From positions 94,614,001 through 94,678,000 of the forward strand of contig CM059431.1 of assembly GCA_030390025.1 (NCBI GenBank): a stretch of 64,000 nt of DNA, given 5' to 3'. Source of the stretch: Squalus acanthias. Its lineage: Eukaryota. A program made the translations under genes and the position numbers. Within the stretch, counting starts at the first letter, position 1. Each line of letters opens with the position of its first letter. Below are positions 1 through 12,509 of this stretch, piece after piece. The notes beneath the pieces were generated by a model. It worked only from the letters and a program-made list of their open reading frames with translations. It ran no database searches and had not been told where the DNA came from.

Positions 1-669
1 GACCCTAGTCTCTGAGTCAACTACTTCACTCTCCATCTTAATGAAGAATTCTATCATATTATGATTGCTCCTCCCCAAGGGGCCTCGCACAACAAGATTG
101 CTAATTAATCCTTTCTCATTACATAATACCCAGTCTAAGATGGCCTGATTTCCAGTTGGTTCCTCGACATATTGGTCCAGGAAACCATCCCGTATACACT
201 CTAGGAATTCCTACTCCACAGTATTGTTACTAATTTGGTTAGCCCAATCTATATGTAGATTAAAGTCACCCATGATAACTGCTGTGCCCTTATTGCACGC
301 ATCTCTAATTTCCCATTTAATGCCATCCCCAACCTCAGCATTACTGTTTGGGGGTATGTATACAACTCCCACTAACGTTTTCCACCCCTTAGTATTTCGC
401 AGCTCTACCCATACAAATTCCACATCATCAGAGCTAATATCCTTCCTTACTATTGTGTTAATCTCCTCTTTAACCAGCAATGCTACCCCGCCTCCTTTCC
501 TTTTTGCCTGTCCTTCCTGAATATTGAATACCCCTGGATGTTGAATTCCCAGCCTTGGTCACCCTGGAGCCATGTCTCCGTAATCCCAATTATATCATAT
601 CCGTTTACATCTATTTGCGCAGCTAATTCATCCACCTTATTATGAATGGTCCTCGCATTAAGACACAAA
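1..669 (-). mobile_element. CR1 LINE ORF2 APE endonuclease region (degraded); continues past the Harbinger insertion at 6657-7750
   Basis: ORFs 483..668 (CLNARTIHNK...ITETWL) and 211..480 (GVVYIPP, MGDFNLH) carry APE endonuclease motifs. Confidence 0.9.
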
Positions 670-1180
670 GGGGGGAAAATTCAGTTGGTTTGCGCCTCCC
701 ATTAGCACCTTAAGGGGGTGCTAATGGGGCGCAAAGCAACTAGCGCCTGGGTGCGGCGATGTCTGCGCCGCTCGCGAAATCGACCAGACATTTTGTGGCG
801 GCGCTAAACAATACCACCCCGATCTCCTGCGCCCGCAGATCTTGACGTCATTCGAGCATGCAACGCCCTTGTGGTGCCCCGGACCGAATATTGAGTGGCA
901 CCTCCCTCCTTTCCGCCTGGCGCAAGCAATGACAGGTAGACTGGAACATTTCCCAGTCGGTGTGGGGCTGGGGGGGGCGCTATTTAAAGGCAGTCTCTTC
1001 CTGGCTTTTTCTGTGGTAGACATCTTTGCACCACTCATTCTGACAGAGAGAGAGATTCTGAGAGAGAGAAGGAGAAAGTTCTGCATAGAGTCGACGCTGT
1101 GTGAAGTAGTTTTGGCTACTGAGCATCACTTTGCAGGTACTTTTGTTTTTGACCTTCATTACTTTGATTGCCAAGAGACT

Positions 1181-3366
1181 ATGGGGGCTGCACTTATTGG
1201 GGGCGTCGTCCTGCGCCTGCAGATTCGGAGGCAACAGAGACGCAGAGAGAGAGTGGCAATCATGGCCAGACGGAATGGGCCAACAGGCCTCTGTACAGGA
1301 GACCTTACCCTCCCAGGTTATTTCGCCAACAATTGAGTGAGGAGGACATAAAAAACCTGCAAGGGGACATAGACAGGCTAAGTAAGTGGGCAGAGATTTG
1401 GCAGATGGAATACAACACTGGAAAGTGTGAGGTGATGCACTTTGGCAGGAAAAATCCTAGAGCAATTTATTATCTTAATGGCAAGAAACTGGAGAGTACT
1501 GAAGTGCAAAGGGATCTGGGGGTCCTGGTGCACGAAACTCAAAAGGTTAGTATGCAGGTGCAGCAAGTGATTAAGAAGGCAAATGGAATGTTGGCTTTCA
1601 TTGCTAGGGGGATAGAATATAAAAATAGGGAGGTATTGCTTCAGTTGTACAAGGTATTGGTGAGACCGCACCTGGAATACTGCATACAGTTTTGGTGTCC
1701 TTACTTAAGGAAAGACATCCTTGCTCTCGAGGCAGTGCAAAAAAGGTTCACTCGGTTAATCCCGGGGATGAGGGGGTGGTCATATGAGGAGAGGTTGGGT
1801 AGATTGGGACTCTACTCATTGGAGTTCAGAAGAATGAGAGGCGATCTTATTGAAACATATAAGATTGTGAAGGGGTTGGATCGGGTGGATGCGGGGAGGA
1901 TGTTCCCGATGACGGGTGAGACTAGAACTAGGGGACATAGTCTTAGAATAAGGGGCTGCTCTTTCAAAACTGAGATGAGGAGGAACTACTTCACTCAGAG
2001 GGTGGTAGGTCCATGGAATATGCTGCCACAAAAAGCTGTAGAAGCTACATCATTAAATAAATTTAAAACAGAAATAGACAGTTTCCTAGAAGTAAAGGGC
2101 ATTAAGGGTTACGGGGAGCGGGCAGGAATTTGGACATGAGTCTAGGTTCGGATCGGTCATAGCCCTGTGGGTAGTGGAGCGGGCCCAGGGACCGTGTAGC
2201 CTGATTCTGCTCCTATTTCGTGTGTGCAATTCTGTTAGATGCAGGAGATGGTTCTGTGATAGATAGTAGATTGGCGGTTAGGATCAGATCAGCCATGATC
2301 TTATTGAATGGCGGAGCAGGCTCGAGGGGCCGATTGGCCTACTCCTGCTCCTATTTCTTATGTTCTTATGTTCTCCTACATTAATTTGTCTGAGGAGCAG
2401 TGTTTGCGCAGGCTGCGCTTCAGCAAGGAGGTGGTCACTGAGCTCTGCCACCTGCTGCAGCCAGATCTGCAGCCTCAACTGAGGACCAGGACATCTCTGT
2501 CGGTGGCAGTGAAGGTCACAGTGGCTCTGAACTTTTATGCCACTGGCTCCTTTCAAGCAGCTATTGGGGACATCGCCAATATCTCCCAGTTCATGGTCCA
2601 TTGCTGCATCCGTCAGGTCACAAATGCCCTCTATAAAAGGAGACGCCAGTACATCTCTTTCCCGCTGACCCGGGCCAAACAGCATGAACGCGCATTGGGC
2701 TTTGCGAGGATAGCGGGCTTCCCCATGGTGCAGGGCCCCATTGACTGCGTGCATGTGGCATTGCGTGCACCGCATGAGAATGCAGAGGATTTCCGCAACT
2801 GCAAGGGGTTCCACTCTTTAAACGTCCAGTTGGTCTGTGACCACAGACAGCTGATACTCGCTGTCAATGCCCACTATCCTGGCAGCAGCCACGATGCTTT
2901 CATCCTGCGCCAGACTGCTGTGCCAGAACTTTTCCAGGCACCACATCAGCCAAGTGGTTGGCTCCTTTGGGACAGGGGTTATCCACTGTGCACCTGGCTG
3001 ATGACACTGCTCCGTAACCCCAACACCCCTGCCGAGCTGCGATACAACGAGAGCCATCTCGCCACCAGGAACATCGTTGAGCAGACAATCGGCGTGCTCA
3101 AGCAACGGTTCCGTTGTCTGGACCACTCAGGAGGAGCCCTGCAGTACTCGCCTGAGTGAGTCTCCCTCTTCATAGTTGTGTGCTGCATGCTGCATAACCT
3201 GGCAATCCTCAGGACCCAGCCAATGCCACCAGGCCTTGGAGCACCACCGGAGGAGGAGGAGGAAGAGGAGGAGGATGATCAGCAGCAGCACCAAGGCGGG
3301 AGGGAGGCCCACAATGTTGAAACTGCAAGGGCCGTCCGTCAATGGCTGATAGCAAGCTGCTTCTAG
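1181..3366 (+). pseudogene. Harbinger (HARBI1-like) DDE transposase, disrupted
   Basis: N-terminus at 1181-1334 (..RRPYPPRLFRQQ, frameshifted) resumes at ~2371 (FSYINLSEEQCLRRLRFSKE). Motifs IDCVH, GSSHDAFIL, DRGYP, RNIVEQTIGVLKQRFRCLD and CCMLHN are present. Lesions are a CR1 insertion and an in-frame TGA at 3157-3159. Confidence 0.92.
1335..2372 (+). mobile_element. 5'-truncated CR1 LINE (RT C-terminus and 3' UTR) inserted into the transposase
   Basis: ORF 1168..2139 switches to CR1 RT motifs (LQGDIDRL, RPHLEYC, RRMRGDLIETYK) and ends in a ...CTCCTATTTCTTATGTTCT tail. Confidence 0.93.
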
Positions 3367-3600
3367 GCCCCTGCTGAGGAAATGGCTTCTGCCATTGAGA
3401 ACAACATGAATGAAACCAACCCGCAACCCCTAAGCCGGCCAAGGCAGCAATGATTCCAAAGACCAAACATGTACACTTTGAATACAAAAACTTATTTATT
3501 TTACAAACTCTGTGTGTGTCATTTCCTCATGACAAACTAATAGAAAGAAACACAAAAAAACAGTCATTAACATAACTGGTTCTCACAACCTGGAGATAAT

Positions 3601-4361
3601 GGCCCAAAAATTCGGCCGAGAACGGGTGAGTACTAAGTGCGTACTCACCCGTATTCGTTCCCGAAGTGCCGGTTTCCTGCATGCACTGCGCATGCGCGGG
3701 AAACCGGCACTTCCGGTATGGTGAAGGGGGCGGTTCCTAAGTGAACCGCGTGCTCACTAGAGGCTGCGCGCACGCAGCACACTTAGGTTTTTTTTCAGGA
3801 TTCAACGCGAGGGTAAGTATGGAAGATTCTACACAAGTAAAAAGGAGGCGTAAGACCCCTTTTGAACAAGGTAAGTAGTTAATTAAGTATAATTTTTAAT
3901 TTTTTTCAACAGGTTTATCTTTTTTAGAGACTTTAAAGAAAGGTAAGTTTATTTTTATAACAATTTTTTAAAAATTTAATTATTTCAAAAATTTTAATTT
4001 TTGTTTAAAGTGGTTAATTTATTTAACTATAGTTATTTTATTAAGGTGATATTTTTTTTAATTTATTTGAGGTTTAGCTGTTCTTTTGGGGTCTCTTTCA
4101 ATTCACAGTTTTGACAGCTCTCCTGTCAAATCTATGAATGAAAGATGGTCTGCTGCCATTGGCTCTCCATGGCCCACGTGATCCCAGAGGTCGCATCGCA
4201 CTAACTGCGCCCCTGGGACACGCACACACTGCGCACCGGCACTAGGGAGAGGCCCAGGACCCAAAGTTCCTGTGGGCCCAAAACACAACGGCCGGCGCGG
4301 TGTGTGATATCGCACGCGATCCTTACCCCCGCGGCAAGCCTCCGAGTCAAATTTCTGGGCC
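3601..4361. mobile_element. Non-autonomous Harbinger-type MITE (GGCCC-TIR family)
   Basis: TIRs GGCCCAAAAATT / AATTTCTGGGCC and 3-bp TSD AAT (3598-3600, 4362-4364). Homologous to 53010-53753. Confidence 0.88.
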
Positions 4362-4441
4362 AATGTCCAAAACACTAAACAAAATTTTGAACATGACCCT
4401 CGGCTTTTAATAAAAAATTGACCAACATTTCATCACACCTC

Positions 4442-6312
4442 CTACTTTTTGCCCTTCGAGGGTGATCTCCTTCCATTGCGCACTTCCCCCCTTCCCACCC
4501 TCCTGCTCCTCCGTAATGGGGGCCCAGTTGCTGCAGCAAGGCTGGTGGAAGGCTGCTGATTGTCAGAACCCGAGACTGCAGATGCCCTTGAAGGACGGCC
4601 TCGACCAGCTCTGGGCCTGGAGGGCCCGGCTGCAGACTGCACCAACTCTGCATGGGCGGCAGCAGTCTGTCCTACAGGCGGTGGCAAGTGCAATGGGTAA
4701 GTGACAGTGGTGGCAGCAGGAATGCTGTCATCGTGAGAGAGGACAGCAACTCCCTGCTCGACCGACACACTGGCACGCCCACAGGGCAGCACATCAGCAT
4801 CCGGAGCAATCTGCTGGAGCACAGATTGCTGGCCTGCTGCGGCGCGGTGAGAGCCCCGGGGAAATGTGTCCGGACCAGCGACAATGACAGCAGTCAGTGC
4901 TTGCGTGGATTCAATCTGAGTCTGCATGAGAGCAGTCAGAGATGGGGTCACGGCAACCAGTGACTGAATTGCAGCACTAAGCATTTGCGTGGCATCCGCC
5001 TGTGCTACATCGAAGTGCTCCACCCTCCTTGCCAGTGATTCAATGCATTCGGGCACCCTTCCCACTGCACCCATGAGCTGAGTGTGCATGTCCACCGCCT
5101 GGGTGTTCATTTTAGCGATCAGCCGCTCCTCCTCTGCGTCCATTGCAGTAGGACTCGCTGGCCTACTCTCCCTCCGGGGAGAAGGCCCCCGAGCTTTCCT
5201 ACCCCCATCGCGTTGCTGCAGCCCGCTGGGTCCCGGAGCTTCACCCTCATCAGACCCTTCCCCCCTGCTCCCCTCCAGGGAAGGCGTGTTCCCAGTGTGG
5301 GCATGGGCTTCCTCGGGAGAGGGTGGCGCTGATGCTGCGGCTTCATCTTCCTCCTCGCCTGCAGCATCACTCCCACTGGGAGCTTGAGGGCCCGTCTCCT
5401 CAGCTGGTGAATCACCATCTGAAAGCAGGCAGGTACAAGAGTGGCTTTAGCGTGAGGACAGGGGGCAGTAAGGGAGGAATGAGTGCAGCGATTTAGTAAG
5501 TTGGATTGAAAGTGTCAAAGGCTGGTGTTGTGAGGGACAAGTGGAAGGAGAGAGGACAAAAAGGTGATGACCTTACCATTGCTGTCCAGAACGGGGTCGG
5601 CGTCTCCAGGGGCGACGGGACCGATCACCTGGCTTGCCACAATCCTGTGGACGCGCGCCTCAAGATCGCTGAGGGGTTGTAGCTGAGGCCGCCCTCCACC
5701 TGTCCGTTGCTGCTGTCTCCTATTATGAGATAGCTTGACCTGAACAAAAAGGACGGCTTCTGAATAAATATACAGCCATGGTCTTGCCTCATGTGCCTCC
5801 CATAATTGAATAGCCCTTACTGTATCCAGCCATGGTCTTGCCTGCTGTGCCTCCGATAGTTGAATAGCCCTTACTGTATGCAGCCATGGTCTTGTCTGAT
5901 GTGCCTCCCATAGGTGAATAGCCCTTACTGTATGCAAAGTGTGGAATGTGCGTGTGTGTTTCATGAGAGGGCAATAGGTGTTGGATGAGTGTTGGGCATT
6001 GGGGTTTTAAGACCCTCTGGCCATAGAGTGAGGTTAAGATGGAGGGATGGAGAGGTATTGAAAAAAGCCACTCACACTGACGCCCCGAGTGAGGTCGTTG
6101 AACTTTTTGCGACATTGAGTATGGGTCCTGGGCACCATGCTCCTGGAGTAGACGTGCTGAGCCACCTCCCTCCACACTCTTCTGTACTTGTGCGGCAAAG
6201 GCCTCCTGCCACTCTCAGAGTAGAGTATAGATCTTCTGCGCTCCACCGCGCCAACCAGAGCATCCAAGGCCCGCTCGCTGAAGCGCTGAGCTCGTTCTCT
6301 CACCCTCTCCAT
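4442..6312 (-). CDS. Harbinger Myb/SANT-like DNA-binding protein, 3 exons (6312-6076, 5739-5577, 5418-4442), 458 aa
   Basis: Exon 1 encodes RAQRFSERALDALV...W..VA...RT..QCRKKFNDL. Both introns are GT-AG with matching phases (0, then 1). The joined frame is open for 1377 nt and runs into ORF 4442..5143. Confidence 0.82.
5773..5934. repeat. 54-bp tandem repeat x3 in Myb gene intron 1
   Basis: CAGCCATGGTCTTG...GCCCTTACTGTAT units start at 5773, 5827 and 5881. Confidence 0.9.
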
Positions 6313-6656
6313 AGTCCTTGGCTGGAAGATTAAGGCACAGGTCTCTCCAGGCCGAGATTCAAGGCTCCAATGAGCAGGGTGTGGCTGGAGTGCAAGATCG
6401 ACCCTTCCCTTTAAGAACTGTCCGGCGCCAGTGTGTCTGTGTTCCATCGCTAACTGACATCACCTGCGCTGCGCCCGCACTCTGAGTTAGCGCCTCGCTC
6501 CTCGGCCTTTGCGCCTTAAAACAGGTGTGCAGCGCCTGATTTAGCGCTCCAATCACCTCCAGGGGCAATAAAAGCCAAGTTTGCAGTTGGAGGCGATAAA
6601 CTTTGCGCCCGGCCGATAATCACGCCCCAAACTGGCCGATACTGAATTTTTCCCTC

Positions 6657-7750
6657 TTAGTCCTTTTAGAATTATTATTTACTGTGGCCATGTTTGATTT
6701 ACACCCTTAATTTCTCTGCCTTCCACTTTTGCTTTTCTCCTTCCTGTCTTTTGCTTCTATCCTTGTTCCCTTTCCTCTGTCTCCCAGCACAGGTTCCCAA
6801 CCCCCTGCCATTTTAGATTAAACCCTCCCCAACAGCACTAGCAAACACTCCCCCTAGGACATCGGTCCCGGTCCTGCCCAGGTGCAAACCGTCCAGTTTG
6901 TACTGGTCCCACCTCCCCCAGAACCGGTTCCAATGTCCCAGGAATTTGAAACCCTCCCCCTTGCACCATTCCTCTAGCCACGTATTCATCTGAAATATCC
7001 TTCTATTTCTACTCTGACTAGCACGTGGCACCGGTAGCAATCCTGAGATTACTACCTTTGAGGTCCTATTTTTTAATTTACCTCCTAACTCCCTATATTC
7101 AGCTTTTAGGACCTCATCCCAGTTTTTTACCTATATCGTTGGTACCTATATGCACCACGACAACTGGCTGTTCACCCTCCCCCTCCAGAATGCCCTGCAG
7201 CTGCTCCGAGACATCCTTGACCCTTGCACCAGGGAGGCAACATACCATCCTGGAGTCTCGTTTGCGGCCTCAGAAACGCCTATCTATTCCCCTTACAATA
7301 GAATCCCCTATCACTATAGCTCTCCCGTTCTTTTTCCTCCCATCCTGTGCAGCAGAACCACCCATGGTGCCAGGAAGTTGGCTGCTGCTGCCTTCCCCCG
7401 ATAAGCCATCTCCCCCAACAATATCCAAAGCGGTATATCTGTTTGAGAGGGAGATGGCCTCAGGGGACCCCTGCACTACCTGCCTGCACCTACTACTCTG
7501 CCTGGCGGTCACCCATTCCCTTCCTGCCTGTGCAGCCTTTACCTGCGGTGTGACCAACTCCCTGAACGTGCTATCCACGACGTCCTCAGCATCGCGAATG
7601 CTCCAGTATGCATCCATTCGCAGCTCCAGCGCCGCAATGCGGTCTTCTAGTAGCTGCAGCTGGATACACTTCCCGCACACATGGTCGTCAGGGACACAAA
7701 AAGTGTCCCTGATTTCCCACATAGTGCAGGAGGAGCATGCCACAGGGAGA
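6657..7750 (-). mobile_element. CR1 LINE ORF1 (zinc finger/coiled coil plus SGNH esterase)
   Basis: CSSCTMWE...HVCGKC, VIGDSIVRG and DGLHL motifs in ORFs 7270..7956 and 6813..7040. Confidence 0.88.
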
Positions 7751-7779
7751 TGTAGAAATAAGTGGAGAGGTAGACAAAT

Positions 7780-9541
7780 AGAGGCATGACAGGGCAGATC
7801 AGTCCCACGGAATGCACATCCTGTGCCATGTGGGAAATCCAGGACGCTTCCCATATCCTGGACAACCATGTGTGCAGGAGGTGTCGTCAGCTGGAGGAAG
7901 TCGAGCTCTGGGTTTCGGAGCTTGAGCAGAAGCTGGCGACACTGCGGTGCATCCATGAGGCTGAGAGCTGCATGGATAGCATGTTTCAGGAGGTGGTCAC
8001 CCCACAGCTAAGGAGTGTGCAGGCAGAGAGTGAATGGTTGTCATTTTCCAAAATTTCATAGATTCTAGAACGGTTCCCGCGGATTGGAAGGTAGCAAATG
8101 TTACCCCACTATTTAAGAAAGGAGGGAGAGAGAAAATGGGGACTACAGACCAGTTAGCCTGACATCAGTAGTAGGGAAAATGCTAGAATCTATTAGTAAG
8201 GATATGGTAACAGGGCACTTCAAAAATAATAATAGGATTGGGCAGAGTCAACACGGATTTATGAAAGGGAAATCGTGTTTGACAAATCTGTTAGAGTTTT
8301 TTGAGGTTGTAACTAGCTGAAAAGATAAGGGGGAACCAGTGGATGTGGTATATTTGGATTTTCATAAGACATTCGATAAGGTGCCACACAAGTGGTTATT
8401 AAACAAAATTGGGGCTCATGGGATGGAGGTAATATGTGTGATGAGGATTGGTTAATGGACAGAAAACAGAGAGTAGGAATAAACGGGTCATTTTCGCGTT
8501 GGCAGGCTGTAACTAGTGGGATACCGCAAGGATCAGTGCTTGGACCTCAGCTATTCACAATCTACATCAATGATTTGGTTGAGGGGACCAAATGTAATAT
8601 ATCTAAGTTTGCTGATGATACAAAGCTGGGTGGGAATGTAAATTGTGAGGAGGATGCAAGGGGGCTTCAAGGGTTATAGACAGGCTAAGTGAGTGAGCAA
8701 GAACATGGCAAATGGAATATAATGTGGAGAAATGGGAAGTTGTCTACTTTGGTAGGAAAAATAGAAAATCAGAGTATTTTTTAAATGGTGAGAGATTGGG
8801 AAATGTTGGTGATCAGTGGGACCTGGGTGTCCTTGTACATGAATCACTGAAAGTTAACATGCAGGGACAGCAAGCAAGTAGGAAAACAAGTGGTATGTTG
8901 GCCTTTATTACAAGAGGATTAGAGTATAAGAGTAAAGACGTCTTATTGCAATTATATAGGGCCCTGGTGAGACCACACCTAGAGTATTGTGTACAGTTGT
9001 GGTCTCCTTACCTAACGAAGGATATACTTGCCATAGAGGGAGTGCAACGAAGGTTCACCAGACTGATTTCTGGGATGGGGGGATTGTCCTTTGAGGAGAG
9101 ATTGAGTAGACTAGGCCTATATTCTCTAGAGTTTAGAAGAATGAGAGGTGATCTCATTGAAACATACAAAATTCTTACAGGGCTTGTCAGGGTAGAGGCA
9201 GGAAGAATGTTTCCCCTGGCTGGGTATTCTCGAACCAGGGGTCACAGTTTCATAATAAGGGGTTGGCCATTTAGGACTGAGATGAGGAGAAATTTCTTCA
9301 CTCAGAGGAGGGTGGTGAATCTTTGGAATTCTCTACCCCAGAGTGCTGTGGAGGCTCAGTCATTGAGTATATTGAAGACAGAGATTGATAGATTTTTGAA
9401 TATTAAGGGAATCAAGGGATATGGGGATACTGCAGGAAAGTGGAGATGAGGTAAAAGATCAGCCATGATCTTATTGAATGGCGGAGCAGGCTCGAAGGGC
9501 CAAATGACCTACTCTTGCTCTTATTTCTTATGTTATGTTCT
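7780..9541 (+). mobile_element. CR1 LINE: ORF1 N-terminal fragment abutting ORF2 RT and 3' tail
   Basis: ORF 7786..8061 zinc finger; PQGSVLGP and FADDTK RT motifs; CR1 tail at ~9450-9541. Confidence 0.88.
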
Positions 9542-10860
9542 TATTCATTATTATACTTTTCATTTCTAGATGTTCTTCTATTTTCTCCTTTAGTAGGGGT
9601 TCCATTATTTTTCCTACCACCAATGTTAGTCTGACTGGTCTATAATTCCCTTGACATGTTCTATCCCCCTTCTTAAATATAGGTATTACGTTAACTAACC
9701 ACCAGTCCTCTGGTACTACACCTTTTTCTAACGAATTATTAAATATGTGTAGTAATGCCTCTGCTATCTCTTCCATAGATTCTTTTAAAATGCATGGGTG
9801 CAATCCATCCAGACCAGGGGTTTTATCCTCTTTGAGTTTGATTAGTTTATTTAATATATCTCCTTTTTTAAATTTTAAATGCACTTATCTCATTACTCAT
9901 CTCAACATCCAATGTCATGTCCACCTGTTCTATCTGCCTGGTAAATGCCGAAGCGAAATAATGATTTAATATATCTGCCATCTCCCTATCATTACATGTG
10001 GTATTGTCCTGTCTATCCCTTAATGGTCCTATTCCCATCCCAACATTCCTTTTTTTATTGATGTGCCTGTAAAATATTTTACTATTTTGTTTTATGTTCC
10101 TTGATAATTTAATTTCATAGTTCTTCTTTGCCTTCCTAATTATTTTTTTGACTTCTCTCCTAATCCCTTTGTATTCTCTCTTATCATGCACTCCCTGCTG
10201 TCTATGTACTTAATGTATGCCTCTTTCCTTACCCTCAATTGTTCCCTTATGTCTTTATTCATTCATGGAGTCTCATTGGTGTTTAGTTTGTTCTTTCCTT
10301 TTAGCGAACTATATTTTTCCTGCTCTCTGCTGAACACCGTTTAAAATGTTTCCCAATGCCGTTCTACATCATTATTTGCCAATATTGTTGCCCATTTTAT
10401 CTTCCCAAGTTCTATTCTCAGCCACTCAAAATCAGCTTTTTTCCAATCTACTAATTTGTTTTTTGTCATTCTTATGTCCTTCTCTATTGTCATCTTAAAG
10501 CATATTATATTATGGCCACTATTGCCTATATGTTCCCCTACTTTTCCTTCTCTTATCTACTCTAGCTCATTCCCCATAACTCGATCCAATAGTGAATCTT
10601 CCCTTGTTGGGCATTTTACATATTGGGTTAGAAATGACTCCAATAGACATTGTAGGAACTCCATCCCCTTTACCTCCCTCTTCTGTCCAATTAATATCGG
10701 GGTCGTTGAAATCCCCCATGATTATTATTCTATGTTTTTTTACTCATTTCCCTAATTTGTCTGTATAGTTCTTCCTCCACCTCCCTTCCACTATTAGGTG
10801 GTCTGTAGATTACGCCTATTAGTGTAATTGATCCTTTATTATCTTTTATCTCTAGCCACA
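9542..10860 (-). mobile_element. CR1 LINE ORF2 fragment (endonuclease end, linker, RT start)
   Basis: ORFs 9528..9884 (KTPGLDGLHP, NYRPV) and 9868..10191. Confidence 0.85.
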
Positions 10861-10870
10861 TAGAGTCATA

Positions 10871-11557
10871 GGGCTCGATTTTGTCATTGAGGCGGGCTGC
10901 GGTCGTGTCATCCGCTTTTTGTGTTAGCCACCCGAATCCAATTGGATGTGGGAGAATTATGTGATTTTCTCCTAATTGGGTAATTGAGTTCCAGCATGTG
11001 GGAACCTATGACCCAATTAGTGTTTTCAGTCTGAAAGTCGCCTCCGATGATGTCATCATTGCTGCTGCATTTAAGGTCTGCAAAGACTGCCAGCCTTTTG
11101 GTCTTTGCTGTGAGAGGGACCTGGAAGCAAAATGAGCAGCAGCAGACCTAAGTCTGCTCCCAGATTATTTTCTTCACCACCACCACCACCACCATGGATC
11201 AAATCTCCTTTTCAATGGTGGAGCAGCAACTGATAGTCAGCAATCCAAGTGTGCTATCGCCAAGTTTCACCGTCGTGTTTCAGAGGAGGCGTGCATCATG
11301 TCGGAAAAGTCTTAAAATCGGAAAGGCCTTAAAATCAGAAAGGCCTCTCAAAATGGGATTATAGAGGCAATTAAGTGGTTGTTAAGGGCCTTAAGGGCCT
11401 ATCCCGCCTCTTGGAGGCGGGACGGAGACGGGATCAGAAACCACGCATTTGGGAAAATTGCATGGAGGCGGGGTCGGGCCCGCCCACCATTTTTTTGCAA
11501 TTTTAACACCCCACACGCCTCCATTCCCGCCTCCTCGGGCCTGGCAAAATTGAGCCC
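10871..11557. mobile_element. Harbinger-type MITE (GGGCT-TIR family)
   Basis: TIRs GGGCTCGATTTTG / CAAAATTGAGCCC and TSD ATA (10868-10870, 11558-11560). An inverted homolog lies at 46238-47004. Confidence 0.85.
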
Positions 11558-11712
11558 ATAGAGTCATAACGGCACAGAAGGAGAGAATTTGGCCCATCGA
11601 GTCCATGCCAGCTCTCTGTAGAGCAATCCAGTCAGTCCCATTCCCCCGCTCTATCCCCGTAGCCCTGCAAGTTTATTTCCCTCAAGTGCTTATCCAATCT
11701 CCCCTTGAAAAC
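11558..11712 (-). mobile_element. CR1 3' end; its microsatellite tail is split by the 10871 MITE
   Basis: Reverse complement matches the CR1 3' ends at 12960-13120 and 22030-22175. Confidence 0.75.
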
Positions 11713-11715
11713 ATT

Positions 11716-12509
11716 GAGGGGAAAAAATTCGGTATCGACCATTTTGGGGCGCTAATATCGGCCGGGCGCAAAGTTTAGCGCCCGGCGCTAATTATCGCCT
11801 CCGACTGCAAAATTTGCCTCTATCGCCCCTGGAGGTGATTTGAGCACTAAATCAAGCGCTACACACCTCTCTTAAGACGCAAACGTCAGGCAGCGAGGCG
11901 CTACCGCAGAACACTACCGAAGCTCAGGCGATGCCAATTACCATGTAAGCCAGACAGACTGGCGCCGTCCAGTTCTTAAAGGGGAGGGGCCATCTTGCTG
12001 GCCAGCCACTCCCTGCTCATTGCAGTCTTGAATCTCAGCCTGGAGAGACCTCAAAAGCAATTGTGTTGGAAGCACTAATGGATCGGCCCAGGGAAAGAGC
12101 TCGGCACTTAGGAACCTCAAAAGTGGTGCTGAGGGCCAAAACTCCTTAGGACAGCATTTTTGCCGACAAGAAAAGGCAGGAAGCACCCGCCTTTAAATAG
12201 CACTCCCCCAGCCCCTTCCCAACTTGAAAACGTTCCCCTCTACCTGTCGTTCCTAGCGGCAGGCGCTAAGGCAGGGGGCGCGACTCAATATCTGGTCCAG
12301 GGCACTACCGGGGTGTTGCACTCTTGACTGACGTCACGATCTGCGGGCTCAGGAGATTGTGGCGGTAGTGTTTAGCGGTGGCGCAAAACGACTGGGCAAT
12401 TTCACGAGCGGCGCGAAAATCACCGCGTTTGGGCGCTAAGTTCCTAGCGCCCCGTTAGCGCCCCCCGGAAGCGCTAACAGGAGGCGCTAATCAACCAAAT
12501 TTTTCCCTC
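11716..12509 (-). mobile_element. Internally deleted non-autonomous relative of the 670-6656 Harbinger
   Basis: Ends GAGGGGAAAAAATT / AATTTTTCCCTC. Both subterminal regions resemble the reverse complement of the big element's ends. Confidence 0.82.

Larger units (their letters stand above)
670..6656 (+). mobile_element. PIF/Harbinger DNA transposon, near full length, with convergent transposase (+) and Myb/SANT (-) genes
   Basis: Terminal inverted repeats GGGGGGAAAATTCAGT (670-685) and ACTGAATTTTTCCCTC (6641-6656), 2 mismatches in 16. It has the two-gene Harbinger layout and interrupts a minus-strand CR1. The TSD is not cleanly preserved (AAA left, TTA right). Confidence 0.9.

Noticed and set aside
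1168..2139. 323-aa ORF as a transposase-RT fusion protein
   Set aside because: It is a chance in-frame junction from a truncated CR1 insertion and lacks the catalytic cores of both proteins.
2308..3366. Domesticated host gene HARBI1
   Set aside because: It lies between TIRs with a Myb partner and is disrupted, so it is a transposon copy.
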